This document shows positions 17,025-23,425 of a stretch of 38,793 nt of DNA, one piece after another (the first letter of the stretch is position 1; each line of letters opens with the position of its first letter). The notes under the pieces are model-generated. The model was not told the origin of the DNA. It was given only the letters and a program-made list of their open reading frames with translations, and did not search any database. Location of the stretch: contig CAKSPL010000002.1 of the NCBI GenBank assembly GCA_934481325.1, forward strand, positions 1 to 38,793, read 5' to 3'. A program made the position numbers and the translations under genes. Source of the DNA: an uncultured Eubacteriales bacterium. GTDB taxonomy: Bacteria > Bacillota > Clostridia > Oscillospirales > CAG-272.

Positions 17025-17064
17025 AAAAAAGAAACCCGTATGCTCTGCGTTCGGGTTTCTTTTG
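17025..17064 (+). terminator. Rho-independent terminator of the 11-gene operon
   Basis: GAAACCCG (17031..17038), 13-nt loop, CGGGTTTC (17052..17059), then TTTTG. An A-run lies upstream. Confidence 0.7.
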
Positions 17065-17159
17065 CGTTCTCAGTCCGACAGGTACTCCTATAAGCGGAAA
17101 TTTCTCGGCAGGGAGGACTATTTTTGGGAATCGCTGTTTTTTTGGATTTTTCTGCCCGC

Positions 17160-17415
17160 TTTCTTTGCAGGGAGCAGGCGCAAAGAAAGTGGACAAAGAA
17201 ACGCCGAAAGGAGACGCGCCAGAGAATGGACTCCTTCCAAAATCTTTGCACGGCTGATGTGGGACTTTGGGTGCGTGAACTCAAGGCAACAAACGAGCCG
17301 CTGCATTACAGGAAATTTTCCCGGGGGGAGTTCTCCTTTTGTTTGAAAGGTTTTGAAGGGGGTCAAGGGGGTGCCTTGCAGGGAAGGCACCCCCTTGCGC
17401 ATCCCCCGCGCCCCC
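17160..17415 (+). repeat. Mosaic intergenic repeat, copy C (left module + core + tail hairpin)
   Basis: The core starts at 17228 (ggactccttccaaaatctttgcacggctgatgtgggactttgggtgcgtgaactcaaggcaac). The tail is ccttttgtttgaaaggttttgaaggggg, followed by the hairpin GGGGGTGCCTT..AAGGCACCCCC (17367..17394). Confidence 0.8.
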
Positions 17416-17417
17416 GA

Positions 17418-18197
17418 TTAGTTGTTCAGCAGGTGCCCGTCAACCGAAACGGTCACAACCTGCCACGGGATAAATTTTCCGCTAGTTTTCAGGGCATTGA
17501 TTGCCGCCTGTTGAAGTCCGCCACAGCAGGGGACCTCCATTCGCACCACCGTTACACTGCGGATGTCGTTATTCCGGATGATTTCGGTCAGCTTTTCGCT
17601 GTAATCCACCGCATCCAGCTTCGGGCATCCGATCAGCGTAATTTTGCCGCGCATCAATTCCTCGTGCAGTCCGGCATAGGCAAAGGCGGTGCAGTCGGCG
17701 GCAATCAGCAGGTTGGCACCGTCAAAATACGGCGCGTTGACAGGCACCAGCCTGATCTGGCAGGGCCATTGCCCCAAGCGCGAAATCGGCGTGCGCGTTG
17801 TGGCTCCCACCGTGTCGCCCGGTTCCTCGCGGCGAAATTGCCGCAACCGATGCCCCGGGCAACCGTGAAAACCACCGTGCGCACCGCCGCCCGTGGCAAA
17901 ATCACCCACGGCAAAATCACCCGCGGCAAAATCCCCCGCGCCGCCGCCCGCGGCGGTTTTTTTCTTTTGACGCGCCGCCACTGCCGCCGCATCGTACGCC
18001 GCCGCTTCCCGCTCGGTAAAGCGGATGGCTCCCGTGGGGCATTCGGGCAGGCAGTCCCCCATTCCGTCACAATAATCGTCCCGAATCAGCTTTGCCTTTC
18101 CGTTTACCATCGCAATGGCACCCTCGTGGCAGGCATTTGCACACGCGCCGCAGCCGTTGCACTTTTCTTCGTCTATTTCGATGATTTTTCGGATCAT
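17418..18197 (-). CDS. Ferredoxin-domain protein (2x[4Fe-4S] N-domain plus a Cys-containing C-domain; frdX-like)
   Basis: CNGCGACANACHEGAI and CDGMGDCLPECPTGAI are followed by a low-complexity linker (AGDFAAGDFAVGDFATGG). The C-domain reads ...LIAADCTAFAY...LIGCPKLD...VPCCGG. GAAGGAGG RBS. Confidence 0.8.
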   Translation of the reverse strand: MIRKIIEIDEEKCNGCGACANACHEGAIAMVNGKAKLIRDDYCDGMGDCLPECPTGAIRFTEREAAAYDAAAVAARQKKKTAAGGGAGDFAAGDFAVGDFATGGGAHGGFHGCPGHRLRQFRREEPGDTVGATTRTPISRLGQWPCQIRLVPVNAPYFDGANLLIAADCTAFAYAGLHEELMRGKITLIGCPKLDAVDYSEKLTEIIRNNDIRSVTVVRMEVPCCGGLQQAAINALKTSGKFIPWQVVTVSVDGHLLNN

Positions 18198-18226
18198 TTT
18201 TTGTCCTCCTTCGCTTTTCTGAGTGC

Positions 18227-18268
18227 ATTATAGCGCGTTTTCTGACGTTTGTATGTGGTTATAACCAC
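18227..18268 (-). promoter_or_regulatory. Class-II-type promoter of the ferredoxin gene: -10 TATAAT plus 14-bp dyad GTGGT-TATA-ACCAC
   Basis: On the minus strand TATAAT lies at 18232..18227 with no good -35. The perfect 5-4-5 palindrome sits at 18255..18268. Its centre is about 41.5 nt upstream of the TSS inferred from the -10. Confidence 0.45.
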
Positions 18269-18341
18269 GAAATTTTCGGTTTTGGACTTGAATTTCGGAT
18301 TCCCGATGCGTACAATAAAAGAAAACACCAAGGAGGCAGAA

Positions 18342-18980
18342 ATGGAAACCCTGCTGTTGGAAGTGCTGAACGAGGCGGAGCGGGCGGATTTGGAATCCTT
18401 ATCCGCCGTCCGACGCGCGCATTACCGAAAAGGAGAATATATTCTGCACGCCGAGGATACGGTGCGGGAGGTCGGCAGTGTGCTTTCGGGCAGTGTGATT
18501 TTGGAATATGTGGATCTTTGGGGCAATCGGAGTATCCTCGGGCGCGCGGAGGCGGGGCAGATTTTCGCGGAGACTTATGCGCTCTCCCGCCGCCCGCTGA
18601 CGGTGGATGCGGTAGCCGCAGAGGATACCGAGGTGCTGTTTTTGGATATTTCCCGCGTAACAGACCCCGCCCATTCGGCGCGGGCGTGGTATCCGAAGCT
18701 GCTTTTTCGCCTGCTGACGCTCACGGCGGATAAGAACCGTGTGCTTTCCCGCCGCATTTTCTGTACCTCCGCCAAAACCATCCGGGCGCGGCTGAACACT
18801 TACTTTTCACTGATGGCAAAGGAGACGGGCAGTACAACCTTTTGTATTCCGTTTGACCGCCGCCAGATGGCGGATTATCTCAATCTGGATCGCAGTGCGC
18901 TTTCCAAGGAATTGGGCAAAATGCGCGACGAGGGGCTGATTGAATTTTATAAGAATACCTTTCGCCTGAAACGGTTGTAA
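18342..18980 (+). CDS. Crp/Fnr-family transcriptional regulator
   Basis: The start was moved to ATG 18342 (METLLLEV), which has AGGAGG at 18331. It has a cNMP-binding-like beta-roll and a C-terminal HTH (RRQMADYLNLDRSALSKELGKMRDEGLI). There is no N-terminal Cys cluster. Confidence 0.85.
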   Translation: METLLLEVLNEAERADLESLSAVRRAHYRKGEYILHAEDTVREVGSVLSGSVILEYVDLWGNRSILGRAEAGQIFAETYALSRRPLTVDAVAAEDTEVLFLDISRVTDPAHSARAWYPKLLFRLLTLTADKNRVLSRRIFCTSAKTIRARLNTYFSLMAKETGSTTFCIPFDRRQMADYLNLDRSALSKELGKMRDEGLIEFYKNTFRLKRL

Positions 18981-19122
18981 GGGGAAAGCCCCCGGGCAAG
19001 CATCACCCGCCCGGGGCGTGGTACTTTTGTGGTACCGGATACAAAAAGAGTACCGGCACAAAGAGAATTCGCGCGGCAATTGCGGTTTGCCCGCGAAAAT
19101 AGAGAAAAAGTACCGCGATACA

Positions 19123-19231
19123 AAAAGTGCGGCGGTCGGGGGAACCCGCGCAAAGGGGAAAACAGAAAAGCATCGGGATGTGAAAAGCGTGGCGGTTGGG
19201 GGAACCCGCGCAAAGGGAAAAAACAGAAAAA
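19123..19231. repeat. Two tandem ~60-bp repeat units
   Basis: aaaagYgYggcggtYgggggaacccgcgcaaaggg(g)aaaacagaaaa occurs at 19123 and again at 19183. Confidence 0.7.
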
Positions 19232-19259
19232 CACCGCGATTGCGGTGCTTTTCTGTTTT
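19220..19259. terminator. Long perfect hairpin, bidirectional-terminator-like
   Basis: AAAACAGAAAA-a-CACCGC-gatt-GCGGTG-c-TTTTCTGTTTT. It has A/T runs on both sides. Confidence 0.6.
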
Positions 19260-19274
19260 GGTGACCCCTACGGG
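19258..19274 (-). other. Orphan copy of the tRNA-Glu 3' end (17 nt, CCCGTAGGGGTCACCAA on minus strand)
   Basis: ttggtgacccctacggg is identical at 19258..19274 and 19414..19430. No cloverleaf can be built around the orphan copy. Confidence 0.7.
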
Positions 19275-19380
19275 GAGATCATTGCGAACGCTGCGCGTCC
19301 GCTCCGGTTGCGTATGGTTCCGGCGAAAGGCGGTGTGGCAACCGAAAGGGTTCGATTCTGCGAAAGGAATCACAATAAGA

Positions 19381-19409
19381 AAAAGAAGCGCACACTGTGC
19401 GCTTCTTTT
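19381..19409 (-). terminator. Rho-independent terminator after tRNA-Glu
   Basis: GAAGCGCAC-agt-GTGCGCTTC is followed by TTTTTCTTATT on the minus strand, 5 nt after the tRNA CCA end. Confidence 0.75.
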
Positions 19410-19414
19410 CTGAT

Positions 19415-19489
19415 TGGTGACCCCTACGGGAATCGAACCCATGCCTTCGCCGTGAGAGGGCGACGTCTTAGCCGCTTGACTAAGGGGCC
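19415..19489 (-). tRNA. tRNA-Glu (anticodon CUC), CCA encoded
   Basis: The minus strand reads GGCCCCTTAGTCAAGCGGCTAAGACGTCGCCCTCTCACGGCGAAGGCATGGGTTCGATTCCCGTAGGGGTCACCA. Acceptor stem GGCCCCT/AGGGGTC, anticodon stem TCGCC/GGCGA with loop CTCTCAC, T-arm ATGGG-TTCGATT-CCCGT. Confidence 0.93.
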
Positions 19490-19506
19490 TTACGGAATGC
19501 TTTGCT

Positions 19507-19535
19507 ATTATAACACATTCCGCGCGGAATTGCAA
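19507..19535 (-). promoter_or_regulatory. Strong promoter for tRNA-Glu
   Basis: On the minus strand: TTGCAA (19535..19530), 17 nt, then TGtTATAAT with the -10 at 19512..19507. An A/T-rich UP-like tract lies upstream. The tRNA 5' end is about 18 nt after the -10. Confidence 0.6.
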
Positions 19536-19576
19536 CCCCTTTTTGCAAAATTTTTTGATTTTTTTGCGGTTTTCTT

Positions 19577-20860
19577 TTACGGTGCATCCTCTTGTCGGAA
19601 ACGGTACAGTTTTTGCATCAGCGGGAGTTTTTCCGGGTCGCTCCCGGTGATCAGCACCCGCCCCGGGTACCACGCGGGGGGCAATGGCTCCGGTAGATCG
19701 TGCGCCTGCGCGGCGGGCGCGCGGAGGATGGCGGGCGTGCAGGGCGTGGCAGGTGCGTAGGGCGTGACGGGTGTGCAGGGCGTGGCAGGTGCGCGAGGGG
19801 CGGCAGGTGTGCGGGGAACGGCGGTCGTTGTGCCGAGGTTCGGGGCGGTGTTTGCGTTGAGGTTCGTGCCGACACCCGCGGCGGCGGTTGCGCTGACACC
19901 TGTGCCGATGCTCGCACTGTCATCTGTGACAGAGTTCGCGTCAAAACCTGCGGCGGTGTTTGGGGCGGAGCCTGTGCGGATGCCCGGGGTGGCGTTCGTC
20001 CCGGGGTCTGCGTTGCGGGGCGGTTTTTTGATCAAAAAGTATTTGAAATTGCCCGAGATGAAATCTGCGTCGGTTGGCGTGGCGAAATCTGTGCCGAGGT
20101 CCGGGGCGGTATTCGTTCCGATATTTGCGCCGGCGCGATTGCCGATGGTTAAGGCAAAATCCGCCCCGGCGGTTGCGCCGCGCAACAGTCCCGCCGCCGC
20201 AAGGCGGCGTACCGTTTCCTTTGCGGTGCCTGCCGCGCCGTCAAAAAACGGCACGGGATACCCCAGCGCACGGTGAAGTGCGCCCGAAAGGAACGGAAAA
20301 TGCGTGCATCCCAGCACCACGGCATCAAAACGCACGCCGCGATACGGTGCCAGCAGCTCGGTCAGGTATTTTTCCGGGGCTTCCCCCCAAAACACGCCCG
20401 CCTCCGCAAAGCGCACCATTCCGGGGGCAGCAAGTGCCGTTACCGACCCGCCGGCGGCTTCTGCCTTTTGAACCGCAGTTCGGAATTTTCCGCCCTCCAG
20501 CGTTGCCTCGGTTGCCAGCACCAGTACGCGGGGGCGGGGGCAGACGCGAAGGGCGGGGGCGAGAGCCGGTTCCATCCCGATGACGGGTAATTCCGTGCGG
20601 GCGCGCAATTCCGCCGCCGCCACCGAGGTGGCGGTGTTGCAGGCAAGCACCAGAGCCTTGGCGCGGCAAAGGAGCCGCATTGCACGCGCGAGAACGATTT
20701 TTTGGATTTCCTGCCTTGTTTTTTCCCCATACGGGGCGTTGGCACAGTCACCGAAATACAGAAAGCTCTCGGCGGGCAGTGCTTTTTGCAGTTCCCGAAG
20801 GACACCGATGCCCCCAACGCCGGAGTCCAGCACGGCGATGGGGGCGGTGATACACTTCAT
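19577..20860 (-). CDS. murI: Glutamate racemase MurI carrying a ~170-aa internal low-complexity insertion
   Basis: IAVLDSGVGGIGVLRE, YFGDCANAPYG, both catalytic Cys motifs (LACNTAT and LGCTHFPF) and the typical C-terminal VLITGSDPEKL are all in one frame. Residues about 229-397 are Ala/Thr/Gly/Pro/Asn-rich. Confidence 0.85.
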   Translation of the reverse strand: MKCITAPIAVLDSGVGGIGVLRELQKALPAESFLYFGDCANAPYGEKTRQEIQKIVLARAMRLLCRAKALVLACNTATSVAAAELRARTELPVIGMEPALAPALRVCPRPRVLVLATEATLEGGKFRTAVQKAEAAGGSVTALAAPGMVRFAEAGVFWGEAPEKYLTELLAPYRGVRFDAVVLGCTHFPFLSGALHRALGYPVPFFDGAAGTAKETVRRLAAAGLLRGATAGADFALTIGNRAGANIGTNTAPDLGTDFATPTDADFISGNFKYFLIKKPPRNADPGTNATPGIRTGSAPNTAAGFDANSVTDDSASIGTGVSATAAAGVGTNLNANTAPNLGTTTAVPRTPAAPRAPATPCTPVTPYAPATPCTPAILRAPAAQAHDLPEPLPPAWYPGRVLITGSDPEKLPLMQKLYRFRQEDAP

Positions 20861-21432
20861 TATTTTTCAGCCTTGGCGGCGTTTTCCGCCCCTTGCTTCA
20901 ACAGTCCAGAAAACTCCTCCACCAATGCCGAAAGGTTGGAAAGGTGAGAGGTGGACGGCGTTTGCAGTGCCGCCATATCCGTGGTGACGGTATGCGTTTG
21001 TCCCAGCTCCGTTACGCTGAGGGTCACGGTTACCGTCCCTTCCGGTGCGTCGGCTCCGGTCAGGGTTTTGGTGGTCATATCCTCGGGCAGATTTTTGAAA
21101 TTATGTTCCAGAACGGTATTGTAATAAGCGGCAAGCACGGCGGTAAAATCGATGCGGTAGGTCACACCGCCGGAAACGATTTCGCCGCGGGCGGTATCCA
21201 GCACGTCATCGCCCTTACAGAAGCGCACTGCAAAGTCCTCGGTGTATCCGTGCCGGTCAAAAAATTCATTGGTATTGCCGCGGTCGTCGTTCTCCTGCCC
21301 GTTCTGCGCTCCGTCGTCGGCAGGCGGGAACAAGACTCCGTCCCCTCCCGGCAGCGGTTCGGTTTTTTTGCACGCGGAAAGCGATAACAGCAACAGCAGT
21401 GCCGCAAGGCAGACCAAAATCTTTTTTCTCAT
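20860..21432 (-). CDS. Putative lipoprotein, unknown function
   Basis: The signal peptide MRKKILVCLAALLLLLSLSAC has a lipobox. Its stop overlaps the murI ATG (TAATG). Confidence 0.7.
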   Translation of the reverse strand: MRKKILVCLAALLLLLSLSACKKTEPLPGGDGVLFPPADDGAQNGQENDDRGNTNEFFDRHGYTEDFAVRFCKGDDVLDTARGEIVSGGVTYRIDFTAVLAAYYNTVLEHNFKNLPEDMTTKTLTGADAPEGTVTVTLSVTELGQTHTVTTDMAALQTPSTSHLSNLSALVEEFSGLLKQGAENAAKAEK

Positions 21433-21462
21433 CGGATTTCCTCCCTGTTCGGATTACAGCAT

Positions 21463-22473
21463 TTACGGATCAAGGCGGGAAAGCACCTCCCGCACCTCCT
21501 CTATGGTGGTTACGCGCATCAGCGCGTCCCGCACGGCGGGCGCGCCGCGCATCCCCTTGGTATACCACGCAAGGTGCTTGCGCGCCTCCGGCACGCCGAT
21601 ACGCTCGCCCTTCCTTTTCACAATGTCCGCCGTGTGCGCAAGAGCCACGGCAAGGCGTTCCCGCACGGTGGGCGGGGTGTAAGGGCGATTTTCCAGCATT
21701 GCCAGCGTTTCGGCAAACAAAAACGGGTTTCCGAGTGCCCCGCGGGCAAGCATCACTCCGTCACACCCGGTGGTTTCCAACATTCTTTGAACATCCGCGG
21801 CGCAAAACAGGTCCCCGTTTCCGATTACGGGAATCGAGACCGCTTTTTTGACTGCCGCGATGACGCGATTGTCACTGCCCGGCTGATAAAACTGCTGTCT
21901 GGTGCGCCCGTGGATGCAGATTGCCGCCGCGCCGGCGGCTTCCAGCCGTTTTGCCAGCTCCGGGGCAACGATGCTGTTCGCATCCCACCCGGCGCGCAAT
22001 TTCACGGTTACGGGCAGATGCACAGCGTGCACCACGGCGCGCACGATTGCCTCCGCCCGCCGCGGGTCGCGCAAAAGCGCGCTACCTTCTCCGTTTTTGA
22101 CAACCTTTTCCACGGGACAGCCCATATTCAGGTCAATCGCCGCGGGGGAAAGGCTCCCGCGCCGCCCGCGGTATTCGCCGCATTCCAGCATTGCCGCCGC
22201 CCGAGCGAGAAATTCCGGCTCCGCGCCGAAAAGCTGAATTGCCATCGGCGTGCTGTCCGCCTCCACCTCCGCCAATCGGGCGGTGCGGGCGGGTGCCGTT
22301 TCTTTTCCGTTTTGCTCAAAGCACAGGGCCTTGGCGGAAATCATTTCACTGACAGTATATTCCGCTCCGAATTTTTTGCAAAGCGCGCGGAACGCGGCGT
22401 CCCCCACGCCCGCCATCGGAGCCAGAAACAGCCCGTGCGGCACGGTTATCGTGCCGATGCGAACAGCGGGCAT
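21463..22473 (-). CDS. dusB: tRNA-dihydrouridine synthase (DusB-like)
   Basis: LFLAPMAGVGDAAFRALC..., IDLNMGCPVEKVVK and a TIM-barrel pattern. The start is set at MPAVRIG (ATG 22473..22471), which overlaps the upstream stop (TGATG). Confidence 0.88.
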   Translation of the reverse strand: MPAVRIGTITVPHGLFLAPMAGVGDAAFRALCKKFGAEYTVSEMISAKALCFEQNGKETAPARTARLAEVEADSTPMAIQLFGAEPEFLARAAAMLECGEYRGRRGSLSPAAIDLNMGCPVEKVVKNGEGSALLRDPRRAEAIVRAVVHAVHLPVTVKLRAGWDANSIVAPELAKRLEAAGAAAICIHGRTRQQFYQPGSDNRVIAAVKKAVSIPVIGNGDLFCAADVQRMLETTGCDGVMLARGALGNPFLFAETLAMLENRPYTPPTVRERLAVALAHTADIVKRKGERIGVPEARKHLAWYTKGMRGAPAVRDALMRVTTIEEVREVLSRLDP

Positions 22474-23117
22474 CAGCCGTTGTACAGGCGCGTCATCCGG
22501 CACGCCTCGGTATGAATCCTCTGGCACAGCTCCACGGGGATGCCCGCCGCCACGCCGGGGTCTTTGATGGAATTGACGTCAATAATCCGCTTGCGTCCCG
22601 TAACGGTGTAAAAAACGGTGACGGCGGCAACGTAGCTACCCACCGGGGTGGCGTGATTGCCGTCCTCCCGATAGAGCGTTTCTGCGGGTTCGTGCAGGAG
22701 AATCCGCGTAAAAACCTCTCCTGCCGGGGCAAAAAAGCACCCGTTGGCACGGCAGAACGCGTGATAGGCATCGGTCATCGGACGCTGTGCCGCCCGGTTG
22801 TCACGCCGCGCCCACGGCATATACAGATAAAAGCGGGAGCCTGCCTTATCCGCCAGCTCCTTGATTGCCTTTGCACCCTCACGGAACGCCGCGGCGTCAA
22901 AGGCGGCGGCACTGTCCTGCGCCACCACCGCATCGTATTCCCCGCACCGGATGTTGAACGGAATATCGGGAACCGACAGGTGAAAAAGCAGGTTTTTTCC
23001 GCCCTCGGTAAGCATCGTTACGTGGGTCTTCTGCCCGGTGGCTTCCAAAAGCCGCTTCACGATCTCCGGCATTGAATTATAATATGTATGACTGTTTCCG
23101 ATAAATAACAGTTTCAT
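22473..23117 (-). CDS. SGNH/GDSL-like hydrolase-fold protein
   Basis: The start was moved to ATG 23117 (MKLLFIGNSHTYYNSMP). It carries the GNSxT block I motif and ...EDGNHATPVGSY (block V-like DxxH). Confidence 0.7.
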   Translation of the reverse strand: MKLLFIGNSHTYYNSMPEIVKRLLEATGQKTHVTMLTEGGKNLLFHLSVPDIPFNIRCGEYDAVVAQDSAAAFDAAAFREGAKAIKELADKAGSRFYLYMPWARRDNRAAQRPMTDAYHAFCRANGCFFAPAGEVFTRILLHEPAETLYREDGNHATPVGSYVAAVTVFYTVTGRKRIIDVNSIKDPGVAAGIPVELCQRIHTEACRMTRLYNG

Positions 23118-23425
23118 AAAAGCCTCGCCTTTGCACAAATTTTCAGTATTATCATAGCACAAAGCCCGCGGTTTGTCAAGCAAAGAGGGCGCGAATTGGG
23201 GCGGGAAAAACCGGTTCTTTTTCCGCCCCCCCGGAAAAGTTTTCACCGCAAAAACCGCCCCGCCCCGCCCGCCGCCCCCGCGGTTTGGCAAAATCCGCCA
23301 CCGAGCCTGACGCTTTTGCACCTCACCGGTCGTTTTCTCTGCACGATTGGGGCTTGACCGCAGGAATAAAGTGTGGTACCATCGGCATACACACCCCCAA
23401 AAACGGGGCGAAAGGAGGAAGAAAA

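Noticed and set aside
19275-19380. Second tRNA or tRNA-Sec/long-arm tRNA between the two tRNA-Glu 3'-end copies
   Set aside because: I tried acceptor pairing (GAACCCT/AGGGGTC has a mismatch). The T-arm is disrupted (GTTCGCAATGATCTCCCCG) and no anticodon stem-loop could be placed. The GGTTCGATTC motif on the plus strand has no complementary T-stem. It is reported only as a remnant or structured segment.
18981-19576. Integrated mobile element or prophage at the tRNA-Glu gene
   Set aside because: No integrase, excisionase or cargo is present, and only 139 bp separate the direct repeats. At most this is a scar.
19029-19760. 243-aa plus-strand ORF and 288-aa minus-strand ORF (18807..19673) spanning the tRNA region
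   Set aside because: They read straight through the tRNA gene, two terminators and tandem repeats. They are artefacts of the absence of stop codons.
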